A DNA stretch of 64,000 nt from Candidatus Poribacteria bacterium (GCA_046582655.1 JAYGDX010000280.1:1-64000); one strand, 5' to 3'; positions 10,159 through 20,282 are shown, numbered from the stretch's first letter. A program made the numbers and translations. Notes: a model not told the origin generated them from the sequence alone.

Positions 10159-13100
10159 ATGCAGAGGTTCGTCGCCTGTTTCCTATTGTTTTGTACTATC
10201 CTATTGGTGATTCTAGCCACAGATGGTGAGTGCTCAAGTCTTCCTCAGCTTACTATTGACCAGATCGAAGGAAACAACGGGATTATAAAAATCCATTATA
10301 CGACCAGTGACCCAATGGGAAGATTGTTGTCAACGGCAAACTGGAAATATAGTACGAATGGCGGCGCGACTTGGATAATAATTAATCAATCTGCAATTCA
10401 AAACAATGAACCAAAGCTATCTGGTCAGCACTTTATTCTCTGGAATACAAATGAGGGTTTGAACAACCTTTCGGGGCTATATCAACCGTCTATTCTCCTC
10501 CGCATGGAAGCATTTGATATTGATGTTGGTCCTGCGGGACAATGGCGAAAAATCGAAGATATGAGTTTCGCTCGTGCATTCTTAACTGCTGCTGTTATTA
10601 ACGATGATATTGTGGTTATCGGCGGTCAGGATAAAGGAAAGTTGGCGCCAACAGAATCATATAACCTGATAACCGAAGAATGGATCGGTCAAGTGTCAAT
10701 GCCAGTTGATGCCCGGATAGATCTTGGTGCGGCTTTTTCCAGTCAGAGGCTCTATCTTGTGGGTGGATATGATGGTCGACGTCTCTCCACGGTGGAATTA
10801 TATATCATTAGGGATGACATATGGAAGATTGTCAAACCGATGCCCACGCCAAGACAAGGACTTTCTGCCGCCATTGTTGATGGAAAACTTTACGCCCTTG
10901 GTGGTCGGTCGGAAAGCATATTGGATGTAAACGAGGTGTATGATCCAGCAACTGACTCATGGAAAACTGTTGCACCGATGATAAATTTTCGCCAGTCTTT
11001 TGCAACTGCTACATTAAATAATCGAATATATGCTATTGGTGGGCACGGTAATGAATTTCTTTCTGATGTCGAAGCCTATGATCCTAGAATGGATAAATGG
11101 CAACCTGTTGCTTCGATGCCTACAACGCGGTATGGTCTTACTGCTACTATTGTTAATGGACAGATATATGCTATTGGAGGGAGTAGTAGCGGTAAAGCAA
11201 TAGCAACTGTCGAAATTTACGATCCCAAGACTGATACATGGCGAACTTCAGCCCCAATGACTACACCACGTCGAAATCTGGCTTCGGTCAGTATTGGAGA
11301 GAAAATTTATGCTATTGGTGGCGCGAATGAAGGTGGAGCCTTGGCAACAGTCGAGGAATTCACAATTCCAAGAACATCCGATGTGGCTATATCCAACACT
11401 TTTGCTGTTGCCAATCACATGATAGCAGAAATTATCTCACCGTCCTCAGATACAAAACACAGTGGAACTGTGTCTATTCGAGGCACCGCGATTGGTGAGA
11501 ATTTCCAGAGTTGGACACTTGATTATCAAGGGAAAGATGATTTGGATAAAGGCTTCGTACCGATCAGTTTTTTCAACCATTTTGTTGATTCTGGGAGCCT
11601 AGGTGAGTGGGATGTGCATGATTTCCCGGATGGGGAGTATCTTGTGCGTTTGAGAATAACTGATAATCGAGCTGTGACTATCGCTGATCAGATTACTGTT
11701 GCGGTTGATAACACACCGCCTATATTTACATGTAGGATATTGGGTGCTGGATTAGAGGAAGAGTACATCCGAAACAACACTGCTATCATTGTGAGTGGAA
11801 CTTCAGAGCCTAAAATAAGTGTCGTTGAAGCTGCACTTGTTCTGGGTGATGGTTCGAATCAAGTTGATGTCACTGATTTTATCCAAGTGGATCAAGGAGG
11901 TCGCATTTCTGGTAAGATTCTAGGATTTGAGTTGACTGATATTTTCACTATTCGGCTTTCCATAATAGTTGCTGACGTGGCTGGAAATCAAGTTGTCTCC
12001 GGTTCGAATCATCTTATCGTTGATAATGAACCTCCAGTGGTTGAAATCACTTCACCAGCTGTGGGTGCAAATTTCAGTGGTGGTAAGGTTCTGCTGAGTG
12101 GAAACGTTTCGGATGAATTTTCAGGTGTGCGCCGGATTGAAGTGGATGGAGGGTTTGGCTGGGTGCTGGTTGCTGATACTTCTTATCCCAACTTTCGATC
12201 AAGTGCCACTAAATGGTCTTACGAATACGCACCGCCGATTGGCGATGTTTTACTTTCATTCCGTGCTCGTGCAACCGACAAAGCGGGCAACATACAAATT
12301 AGCAATCCCAAATTAGTCAACTATATGTTGAACCTACCAAGTGTAAATATTTCTGAGCCGACTGACGGTGCTAATTTGATTGGCAGCATATCAATTACTG
12401 GAACAGTTGATGCTGTCGATTTAGGATGGAAGTTAGAGTATGCGCCTGGTAGTAATGCCGAGGATGGTTGGATTAAGATCGCATCAGGTAAAGAGAATCG
12501 AGTTGTCACTGGGCTACTGGCATTATGGGATATGATGTTATTGCCAGATGGTCCTTATACGTTGCGTCTCACAGCTGAAAATGCGTTCTCCACAGTATCT
12601 GTCAAACGACAGAACTTATTCAAAACGCCACGTAAACCAGAGGTATCTTTTCAGCCAAATACACCGGCAAACATCGAATTTCCTGACTTAACGCTTTTAC
12701 GAAAACAGTTAGATCAGAGAGAGGGTATCATCTTCAAGTCTTCCGCGTTTTCTGATCCTAATATAGAAGATGTCCATACGCGTTCACAATGGCAGATTCG
12801 AAGTGCAGAAGGTAATTATAACAGTCCAGTTTATGATAGTGGAGCGGATAGTGCAAGTTTAACAGATCTTAATCTACTAACTTCACTTGACGTGGATCGA
12901 ATTTACTATTGGCGTGTACGACATCAAGACTCAAGTGGTAAGTGGTCAGAATACTCAGCAGAATCCTTTTTCACTACAAAGGCTGTTGGGCGTTTTACCG
13001 TCTCGCTAAAGAAGGGATTAAATTTTATGTCGATGCCAGTTCGTCCTATCGTTCCAATGGATGCAGTTTCACTTGCCCAGAAACTTAAAGCAACTCTCAT

Positions 13101-13893
13101 CATACGCTTTGATGCCGAATTGCAAGACTTCGTTTCATATGTGCCTGGGATTTCACGTGATGTTAATTTTTCCATTACTGGTGGTGAAGGGTATATCGTT
13201 AATATTTTGGAATCGAAATCAGTTCCTTTTGAAGGTACAATCTGGGAGGATGTAAATGCGGCACCCCCGCTTGCAATTGATTCTTTTCCGCCATCGACTT
13301 GGGCGTTTGTAATCGGTTTGGAAAAAGCAGTGAATCTGCCGGATAACAGTCTTATTGAGGTCATAAATCGTCGGACGAATAAATCGAGAACTCGAGTCAA
13401 TAATCAGCATGGTTCGACACAGCTTTTCTCTTTCGTTGATATGGATTATCGGTCTGTAGTTGATTTGGGCGATCCTATCCGGATTCGTGTAACTGATACT
13501 AGTGGTTATTCCCTCTTTGAGCCGATAAATTTGATTGTGACAACTGCCGATCTATTACGTGCGGTCCATGTGGTGAGTTTTAATCCGTTAGAACTTCCCG
13601 ATCAAACCCGACTTTTTCAAAACTATCCCAACCCTTTTAATCCTGAAACTTGGATTCCATTCGAGCTTACCGAGGATTCAAACGTGAAAATAACGATCTA
13701 TGATGTCTCGGGAAGTCCCGTTCAGAATCTTGATCTTGGTTTCTTATTTGGTGGTAAATACCGGTCTCAAACACGTGCAGCATATTGGAACGGTCAAAAT
13801 CAGTTGGGTGAGCTAGTGGGATCGGGGATATATTTCTACCGTTTGAGTACAGACCGTTTTTCGTCAGCTAAGAAGATGATTGTTGTTAAGTAA
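10159..13893 (+). CDS. Giant secreted Kelch-repeat beta-propeller / Ig-like multidomain protein with T9SS C-terminal sorting domain
   Basis: Signal peptide MQRFVACFLLFCTILLVILA. Five or six Kelch blades (LYLVGGYDG, LYALGGRSE, IYAIGGHG, IYAIGGSSSG, IYAIGGANEG), then a long beta-rich region. C-terminus QNYPNPFNPETWIPFELTEDSNVKITIYDVSGSPVQNLDLGFLFGGKYRSQTRAAYWNGQNQLGELVGSGIYFYRL is a Por_Secre_tail-type CTD. Confidence 0.8.
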   Translation: MQRFVACFLLFCTILLVILATDGECSSLPQLTIDQIEGNNGIIKIHYTTSDPMGRLLSTANWKYSTNGGATWIIINQSAIQNNEPKLSGQHFILWNTNEGLNNLSGLYQPSILLRMEAFDIDVGPAGQWRKIEDMSFARAFLTAAVINDDIVVIGGQDKGKLAPTESYNLITEEWIGQVSMPVDARIDLGAAFSSQRLYLVGGYDGRRLSTVELYIIRDDIWKIVKPMPTPRQGLSAAIVDGKLYALGGRSESILDVNEVYDPATDSWKTVAPMINFRQSFATATLNNRIYAIGGHGNEFLSDVEAYDPRMDKWQPVASMPTTRYGLTATIVNGQIYAIGGSSSGKAIATVEIYDPKTDTWRTSAPMTTPRRNLASVSIGEKIYAIGGANEGGALATVEEFTIPRTSDVAISNTFAVANHMIAEIISPSSDTKHSGTVSIRGTAIGENFQSWTLDYQGKDDLDKGFVPISFFNHFVDSGSLGEWDVHDFPDGEYLVRLRITDNRAVTIADQITVAVDNTPPIFTCRILGAGLEEEYIRNNTAIIVSGTSEPKISVVEAALVLGDGSNQVDVTDFIQVDQGGRISGKILGFELTDIFTIRLSIIVADVAGNQVVSGSNHLIVDNEPPVVEITSPAVGANFSGGKVLLSGNVSDEFSGVRRIEVDGGFGWVLVADTSYPNFRSSATKWSYEYAPPIGDVLLSFRARATDKAGNIQISNPKLVNYMLNLPSVNISEPTDGANLIGSISITGTVDAVDLGWKLEYAPGSNAEDGWIKIASGKENRVVTGLLALWDMMLLPDGPYTLRLTAENAFSTVSVKRQNLFKTPRKPEVSFQPNTPANIEFPDLTLLRKQLDQREGIIFKSSAFSDPNIEDVHTRSQWQIRSAEGNYNSPVYDSGADSASLTDLNLLTSLDVDRIYYWRVRHQDSSGKWSEYSAESFFTTKAVGRFTVSLKKGLNFMSMPVRPIVPMDAVSLAQKLKATLIIRFDAELQDFVSYVPGISRDVNFSITGGEGYIVNILESKSVPFEGTIWEDVNAAPPLAIDSFPPSTWAFVIGLEKAVNLPDNSLIEVINRRTNKSRTRVNNQHGSTQLFSFVDMDYRSVVDLGDPIRIRVTDTSGYSLFEPINLIVTTADLLRAVHVVSFNPLELPDQTRLFQNYPNPFNPETWIPFELTEDSNVKITIYDVSGSPVQNLDLGFLFGGKYRSQTRAAYWNGQNQLGELVGSGIYFYRLSTDRFSSAKKMIVVK

Positions 13894-14192
13894 TGAAATT
13901 ACCACTGATCCCGGATGAAATCTCTGAAGTTGAAAAAGTAGATCTCATTGAAAAAGTTGCAAGGTTTATCGTTAATCGAAAACTGACTGCACCTGCCATC
14001 CTTATGCTCGAGGTTTGTAAACCAATTAACTTTGTTGGCAGCCAATTTATGTTGGCTCTAAACCCTTTTGTACAAGCAATATTTAATACCATAGAGTACC
14101 AAAAATTTGCTTTGATTATCGAAAAGGATGAGAATCTTGAGTTGCTGATTCAGTGCATTGAAAAACTAGATGCAGATAAGCAGGGAAAATAG
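13893..14192 (+). CDS. Hypothetical 99-aa protein, translationally coupled between the T9SS cargo gene and the ASKHA ATPase gene
   Basis: Its start ATG overlaps the upstream stop (TAATG at 13891-13895). Its stop TAG is immediately followed by the GTG start of the next gene. No recognisable motif. Confidence 0.45.
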   Translation: MKLPLIPDEISEVEKVDLIEKVARFIVNRKLTAPAILMLEVCKPINFVGSQFMLALNPFVQAIFNTIEYQKFALIIEKDENLELLIQCIEKLDADKQGK

Positions 14193-15998
14193 GTGGATAA
14201 TCAGATTAGATATATTTTGGCTACAGATTGTGGAAGCACGACTACAAAAGCCATTTTAATCGAGAAAATTGGAGGTGAATACCATCAGACTTATCGGGGC
14301 GAAGCTCCAACGACAGTTGAAGCCCCCGTTGAGGATGTAACAGTTGGAGTGATTAATGCCATTACCGAAGTACAAGAACTCGCTGAGCGTAAGTTACTGG
14401 ACAACAACCAAATTATTAAGCCACGGACAAATGATGAAGGAGTTGATTTGTACATATCAACCAGCAGTGCTGGTGGTGGCCTACAAATGATGGTTGCGGG
14501 TGCTGTTCGCAATTTAACTGCTGAAAGTGCAGAGCGTGCGGCTTTAGGTGCTGGCGCAATAGTAATGGATGTCATCGCTTCTAATGATAAACGATTGCCT
14601 CATGAAAAGATTGATCAGATACGTCAACTTCGGCCTGATATGATTTTATTATCTGGTGGGGTTGATGGTGGATCGGTTACGCATGTTGCTGAGTTAGCTG
14701 AAATTGTTGCTGCTGCAAACCCTAAGCCGCGCCTTGGCGTTTCCTACCAGATGCCGGTAATTTTCGCAGGCAATAAGGATGCAACTGATATTGTTCGTGA
14801 AAAGCTTGGAAGTCGGATGTCACTTGAGGTAGTTGACAATTTGCGCCCGACTATGGAGCGCGAAAATTTGATGCCGACTCGCTTGAAAATTCAAGACCAG
14901 TTTCTTGAACATGTCATGATGCACGCACCGGGTTATAAGAAATTAATCGAATGGACTGACACCGAGATTATGCCGACGCCCGGCGCAGTCGGTGCGATTA
15001 TACAAACGATCGCTGAACAGAACCGGATCCAAGTTGTTGGAGTTGATATCGGAGGAGCGACAACAGATGTTTTTTCTGTTTTTCAAAATCAGTTGGGAGA
15101 ATCTGTATTCAATCGAACGGTAAGTGCAAACTTGGGAATGAGCTATAGCATTTCAAATGTGTTAGCTGAAGCCGGAATGGGAAATATCCTGCGATGGTTA
15201 CCCTTCGATATCAACTTAGCGGATCTGCAAAATCGGATTAAGAACAAAATGATCCGACCGACGACTATACCACAGTTGCTGGAAGAATTAATTATTGAGC
15301 ATGCAATTGCACGTGAAGCACTACGTTTGGCGTTTGAACAACATAAGAAATTAGCCGTTGAGCTTAAAGGCGTACAGCAACAACGCACAATTTCTGAAGC
15401 GTTTGCCCAGACAGAAACAGGGAATACACTTGTTAATATGTTTAATCTCAATCTAATTGTTGGAAGTGGAGGGGTATTATCTCACGCACCACGCCGGCAA
15501 CAATCAATGTTGATGATGATTGATTCGTTTTTACCCGAAGGTGTAACCCAACTTGCTGTTGATAGCATTTTTATGATGCCTCAACTTGGTGTTTTATCAC
15601 AAGTTAATAAGGAAGCAGCAACACAAGTATTCAATCGTGATTGTTTAATCCATCTTGGTACGTGCATTGCCCCAACGGGGCAAGCTAAAAAGGGAAGTTC
15701 CTGTCTGGAAATATCAGTAAATATGTCCTCTGGAATAATAGAAGAAACAATTCCTACCGGTGAACTAAAATTGTATAAAATGGGGATGAATGAAGTCGCG
15801 CTGGTTAAAATTCAACCCAACCGCCACTTTGATGTAGGTGCAGGGAGCGGACAAGTCGTTGAAACAGAGGTACGAGGTGGTGTGGTTGGGCTTGTAATTG
15901 ACACACGCGGTCGTCCCTTAGAAATGCCTACGGATACTGCACAATATGTCGCGGACCTAAAGAAATGGATGCAGACATTGGATGTTTATCCTTTATGA
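14193..15998 (+). CDS. EutA/MutL-like ATPase with duplicated ASKHA (actin-like) fold; reactivase/chaperone-like
   Basis: Phosphate-1 motif ILATDCGSTTTKAIL at aa 8-22. Glycine motifs SSAGGGL and ILLSGGVDGGS. A second ASKHA unit starts with VGVDIGGATTDVFSV (the DIGGxTTD phosphate-2 motif of actin/MreB/FtsA/EutA) at aa ~284. 601 aa. GTG start. Confidence 0.55.
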   Translation: MDNQIRYILATDCGSTTTKAILIEKIGGEYHQTYRGEAPTTVEAPVEDVTVGVINAITEVQELAERKLLDNNQIIKPRTNDEGVDLYISTSSAGGGLQMMVAGAVRNLTAESAERAALGAGAIVMDVIASNDKRLPHEKIDQIRQLRPDMILLSGGVDGGSVTHVAELAEIVAAANPKPRLGVSYQMPVIFAGNKDATDIVREKLGSRMSLEVVDNLRPTMERENLMPTRLKIQDQFLEHVMMHAPGYKKLIEWTDTEIMPTPGAVGAIIQTIAEQNRIQVVGVDIGGATTDVFSVFQNQLGESVFNRTVSANLGMSYSISNVLAEAGMGNILRWLPFDINLADLQNRIKNKMIRPTTIPQLLEELIIEHAIAREALRLAFEQHKKLAVELKGVQQQRTISEAFAQTETGNTLVNMFNLNLIVGSGGVLSHAPRRQQSMLMMIDSFLPEGVTQLAVDSIFMMPQLGVLSQVNKEAATQVFNRDCLIHLGTCIAPTGQAKKGSSCLEISVNMSSGIIEETIPTGELKLYKMGMNEVALVKIQPNRHFDVGAGSGQVVETEVRGGVVGLVIDTRGRPLEMPTDTAQYVADLKKWMQTLDVYPL

Positions 15999-16524
15999 GT
16001 ATTCTTCAATTTTCTACCGCTACCCGACAAATTTTAGCTGACTTATCTCCAGGTGGTTGATCACCCCAAATTCAATGCCACCGTTTTCGGTGTCAATTTA
16101 ATAGCCTTAAACCAGTTCCTCATTCACAGTGGATAAAAAGACTCTTCATTTTTAGTGCATTATTGTTGTATTGCCTATTTGGTTCATTTTCTTAGACAGA
16201 GATGGTGAATTCGAATGACTTAACAATTAATTATTCAAGGTATTGCTAAATTATTCGATCCAACGTTTCAAAAGTTACCTGAAGGCCTTAGAGTTGATAT
16301 TCATAGAATGTTGGTGTAAGGAGAATAATTCAGAAGTGATTTTATGTTTGGTTGCTTGGTTTAAGGCTAAAATGCTATATTCTTCGTGTTGACTCATATT
16401 AATTTGGAGTCACCATAGCTCTCAGGGATTTTGACTCCAGTATCGAAAGTACATTTAAGATGCTACTTGAAAATTTTGTCTCAGATTATTAAAATCAAAT
16501 CTTTTTTAGAGGAGGATTTTGAAA

Positions 16525-17169
16525 ATGAAGGTTTTGGTTCTGTCTGGTGGTAACCATCAGTTTGAAAGTAGTGCAGCCGTTATCAATGATTTCTTGTCGT
16601 CACGAGATGATATGTCAGTCACATTGACCAATGACAAAAATATCTTGGCCTCTTCAGAATTGAATCAGTTTGACGCTTGTGTCTTTGGAACTGGATTTAC
16701 ACGCACTGTCCGTCAAGAAGATGGTACCCTAACTCGCCAACCGGAGTTAACTCCCAAACAAGAAGATGGGTTCTTTCATTATATACATGATGGAAAGGGA
16801 TTAGTCGGCATTCACGGCACAGCTTGGTGGATTGGAGGGCGAGCCGTTGACCTCATTGGAGGCCATTCTAACTGGCATCCTCCTGGATCTACATTTACTG
16901 TTAAGATTGAAGATAGCGAACATTCGATTACTCAAGATCTTGATGATTTTGAAGTAGAAGATGAGATCTATATATCTGCCTATGATCCTTATATCCATAT
17001 TCTTGCTTCGGCAGAATGGCATAACAGAAGCCATCCAATGGCATGGACAAAAGATTACGGTAAAGGGCGTGTTTTCTATACAACTTTAGGCCACAGTTCT
17101 GACACCTTTGAACGCCCAGCTATGCAGCAGCTAATTAGTCAAGGAGTTGCTTGGGCTGCCAAAGCCTAA
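16525..17169 (+). CDS. ThuA-like (trehalose-utilisation / class I glutamine-amidotransferase-like fold) protein
   Basis: MKVLVLSGGNHQFE... then GKGLVGIHGTAWW...DLIGGHSNWHPP, typical of the ThuA family. SD AGAGGAGGA sits 8 nt upstream of the ATG at 16525. The ORF-track start at 16519 is a TTG. Confidence 0.65.
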   Translation: MKVLVLSGGNHQFESSAAVINDFLSSRDDMSVTLTNDKNILASSELNQFDACVFGTGFTRTVRQEDGTLTRQPELTPKQEDGFFHYIHDGKGLVGIHGTAWWIGGRAVDLIGGHSNWHPPGSTFTVKIEDSEHSITQDLDDFEVEDEIYISAYDPYIHILASAEWHNRSHPMAWTKDYGKGRVFYTTLGHSSDTFERPAMQQLISQGVAWAAKA

Positions 17170-17214
17170 GCAATTTCTAAAACCGGGGTAGTAGATAAAC
17201 TGTCATAACAAGTT

Positions 17215-17901
17215 CTAGTGATGTACAGTTGGAGTTTCAACGGGGCCGTATATCTCTATCTCCAAAATCTCTGGAGGGATAAAATCGTAGTATTTTCTGG
17301 TAATTATATCTTGATTTTTTCTATTAACTACTTTGTCCATTGAGTCAAATTTAGTCCATGTTGGAAGTCGAAGCCGAACTTGTTCTGTTTTGATTGCGGG
17401 GAATCGAATTACTGTTTCCATGCCGTTAATGGTAAAAAAATCGATTAGTTTCCATTCTTTATCCTGATAGATGTGAAGTTCGCAACGTTTGCCCTTGAAT
17501 CGTCCTTCTTGTAGTTCACGACTGAGCAGAATAATTTGACTCACCAGTTTCGGTTGTGGAAGTAAAACATAGGCTTCGGATGTTCGATGTAATGTTGAAT
17601 AGCCTGGTCTAATTTCCCCTCTTCCGCCTGTGTTCACGTTGCCATCAATCATAGAGGGATCAGTTGCCCGCGCTTCTTCGAGCAATGCATAGTTGTTACT
17701 CCATCCTTGTTGCTTCATGAGATATGATAAATTGCATCCGGTTATAAGTAGGCTACCACCGAGCAGGGCGTAAAGAAAAATCGAAAGTGTCCTGCTTTTT
17801 GATTTAGCTTGTAGGCTTGCATGCATTAAATTTCGCATACAATATGAGTTTGTCCTGCTGTAACGAAGTCGTGTATACATTTTGTTTCCTAGCGTCAGCA
17901 T
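17215..17901 (-). CDS. Hypothetical lipoprotein
   Basis: Lipobox LLGGSLLITGC after a basic N-region. No recognisable domain. Start codon uncertain, several in-frame Met. Confidence 0.4.
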   Translation of the reverse strand: MLTLGNKMYTRLRYSRTNSYCMRNLMHASLQAKSKSRTLSIFLYALLGGSLLITGCNLSYLMKQQGWSNNYALLEEARATDPSMIDGNVNTGGRGEIRPGYSTLHRTSEAYVLLPQPKLVSQIILLSRELQEGRFKGKRCELHIYQDKEWKLIDFFTINGMETVIRFPAIKTEQVRLRLPTWTKFDSMDKVVNRKNQDIITRKYYDFIPPEILEIEIYGPVETPTVHH

Positions 17902-18242
17902 GGTTCAGTTCGATTTATTTAGTAAACAACAGTTTTACACTGCTTAATGAATCAATTCTGATTGTGTTTTGATACACTTAATTTATAAAATCAACATTAG
18001 TTAGGTTTTTCAACCCTAAGTGTGATTAAAAATAGTTTGAATATCATATTTAGTAGAATGAGATCTATGTCATGGAAGATGCTTCTTGCTTAAAGAGGAT
18101 AGTGATTTTTCGGTGACGTTTACTAGTTTCTTAAATACTTGCTTGGTCTCAAATCATGGTTGACTGATAGTTAATATTGGAGCTAGTGCTTAGTTATTCA
18201 GGTCAATAGAATGGCTATAGCAAAAAAAGACGACGGACGTGA

Positions 18243-19367
18243 ATGTCATTCATTATATCATTAATTATTCTATTATTTGGATTATTGGGTTCGTCTGTTG
18301 AGGCTTTTCCTGAGTTTGCTCATCTAGTTGATCAGGACTGTTCTTTTTGTCACCTGGATCCAAATGGCAGTGGGCCTCGGAACCCCGTTGGTCAGTTTTT
18401 TGACGAAAATGACTTTGAATTCCCTGAGGATTTCGATCCTGAAACCTTTATGGCTAAAGCGAATCTTGTAACTCAAAGCCATTCCTTTACTGGAGATATC
18501 CGCGTTGCCTACATAAAAACATCTCAAGTCAGTCATCGTGATCAGGAAACAGCTGGTTGTATCTCTTGCCATTCCTCTGTGGATACGTTCTTGTTGATGA
18601 AATCGGAAGTTGCTGTTCATGCTCGCGTATCGGATAAGGTTCAGGTTACCTTGTCTCATAATCTTGGGAACCCTTTTGACGCTTTCGGACGAGTTGAAAT
18701 CATTTCTGATCGTCTGTGGATAAGAATTGGACAGTTCCAACTACCATTTGCTCTTCGTCAGGATGATCACAATATTCTAGTTAGGAATGGTTACGATTTG
18801 GGATCGAATAAACGCGATCTTGGCCTTGAGATAATTGGTAACTACAAGAATCTGTTCTTCAATTCAGCTGTTTTCAACGGAAACCGTAACACACTAGCTG
18901 ATCGAAATCAGCATAAAGGTCTTTTAACAACCATTGGAGGTGAATTTACTTTCATCCGAGGTGGTATTTCTCATTTGCTTGATAAGCTTGAGGTTCGGGG
19001 GGAAGCAATTTCTGCTGCTTTCCTAATAGCTAATATTAGTAAATTGTCAGTTGAGCTTGAATGTGATTTTAAAGCCCAAAATGGATTCAAAAGTCTCGTT
19101 TCCGCTGGCTATTATGTGGGAGCTAAATATCGTTTGACGCCTGGATTTTCAGTCTCAGGGCGTTATGAAGCATTTGATCCGGATGGAAGAGTCAAAGGGG
19201 ATTTAGAACAGCGGATCATAACCTTTGCTCGGTACAGATTTGCCAAGAATGCATCATTTGAAATCTATTATTGGGGAAACATTGAAAATAATAACAGGGA
19301 TGATAACAAAAATCGGCGACTGAACGGTGTGGATCAAGTGATTTTAATGTCAAGCTTCTGGTTTTGA
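18243..19367 (+). CDS. Secreted di-haem c-type cytochrome fused to a putative outer-membrane beta-barrel (Cyc2-like fused cytochrome-porin architecture)
   Basis: Signal peptide MSFIISLIILLFGLLGSSVEA. Two CxxCH motifs: CSFCH at aa 33-37 and CISCH at aa ~107. The C-terminal ~250 aa have alternating hydrophobic/polar beta-strand character and end in the aromatic residues ...SSFWF, typical of OM barrels. Confidence 0.55.
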   Translation: MSFIISLIILLFGLLGSSVEAFPEFAHLVDQDCSFCHLDPNGSGPRNPVGQFFDENDFEFPEDFDPETFMAKANLVTQSHSFTGDIRVAYIKTSQVSHRDQETAGCISCHSSVDTFLLMKSEVAVHARVSDKVQVTLSHNLGNPFDAFGRVEIISDRLWIRIGQFQLPFALRQDDHNILVRNGYDLGSNKRDLGLEIIGNYKNLFFNSAVFNGNRNTLADRNQHKGLLTTIGGEFTFIRGGISHLLDKLEVRGEAISAAFLIANISKLSVELECDFKAQNGFKSLVSAGYYVGAKYRLTPGFSVSGRYEAFDPDGRVKGDLEQRIITFARYRFAKNASFEIYYWGNIENNNRDDNKNRRLNGVDQVILMSSFWF

Positions 19368-19394
19368 TGTGGATTGGTAACTTGAATTCGTTGC

Positions 19395-20282
19395 ATGAAT
19401 CGGATAAGAAATAGGTTGACTGCAAGGCAGATGCTGAACTGGACAAGAATCAATATATTGTTAGTAATCACTATCATCTTAGGGGGATGTATATTCAGCG
19501 GTTGCAAAAGTAGGGATTTAAAGTCTGATCAACTTTACCAACAAACCGATGTGAGCTTTGAAAGCAAAGCGGATGCTTACCAATCGTATGATGAGGTATT
19601 ACAAACCTATGTGGATTCAAGTGGCCGTGTCGATTACAATAACCTAGGCCAAAACCCACTTCAATTGAACAATTTCATAGGTTTTCTCGCAAAGGTAAGT
19701 CCGGAAAATCATCCTGAGTTATTCCCAACTCAAAATGATAAAAAGGCCTACTGGATCAATGCTTACAATGCTTTAATGATGAAGTCTGTTATTGATAATC
19801 CTGATATTACCAGTGTTAATCAGATAAGTTGGGGAAAAGGGATATTTTGGAGAACTAAATTCATAGTTGGGGGAAAAGAGCGTACTTTGCACCAGATTGA
19901 AAATGGTATCCTACGTAAAAGGTACAAGGATCCACGAATCCACTTTGCTATAAATTGTGCGTCTAACAGCTGTCCTCCGCCAGGCAATCAAATTCTGTCG
20001 GGCGACAGTTTGGATGAACAACTCAATTACAAATTGCAACAATTTATTCGGAATTCATCCAACGTTTTTGTGAGCCATGACACAAAGGAGATAAAATTAT
20101 CCAGAATTTTCAAATGGTACAAGAGTGACTTTACTGCAAATGGAATGTCCTTAAAAGAATATGTGCTGCAATCCTTACTTGATATTCCTGATCGGAAAAG
20201 GAAAACTGTCCTTCAGGATTATAAAGTGGGTTATTTTAAGTATGACTGGGGTCTAAATGGGATGACGCTTGATAAACCGTAG
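19395..20282 (+). CDS. DUF547-family protein, probable lipoprotein
   Basis: AYWINAYNALMMKSVIDNP and HFAINCASNSCPP are the DUF547 signature motifs. N-terminal hydrophobic stretch with ILGGCIFSGC. Likely start is the internal Met at ~19431. Confidence 0.6.
   Translation: MNRIRNRLTARQMLNWTRINILLVITIILGGCIFSGCKSRDLKSDQLYQQTDVSFESKADAYQSYDEVLQTYVDSSGRVDYNNLGQNPLQLNNFIGFLAKVSPENHPELFPTQNDKKAYWINAYNALMMKSVIDNPDITSVNQISWGKGIFWRTKFIVGGKERTLHQIENGILRKRYKDPRIHFAINCASNSCPPPGNQILSGDSLDEQLNYKLQQFIRNSSNVFVSHDTKEIKLSRIFKWYKSDFTANGMSLKEYVLQSLLDIPDRKRKTVLQDYKVGYFKYDWGLNGMTLDKP

Noticed and set aside
12924-13410. 158-aa and 63-aa minus-strand ORFs
   Set aside because: Antisense within the 1244-aa Kelch/T9SS gene, with no RBS or domain support.
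14291-15451. 94-aa and 102-aa minus-strand ORFs
   Set aside because: Antisense inside the EutA/MutL-like ATPase gene.
14193-15998. Idea that the ASKHA ATPase belongs to a glutamate-mutase or ethanolamine operon
   Set aside because: No B12-binding domain, mutase, EAL or microcompartment gene is present in the window. The association is left as an open question.
16390-16470. Inverted repeat (ggagtca...tgactcc) upstream of the ThuA-like gene as a riboswitch or attenuator
   Set aside because: Short 7-8-bp stem in an AT-rich spacer. Insufficient to call a structured element.
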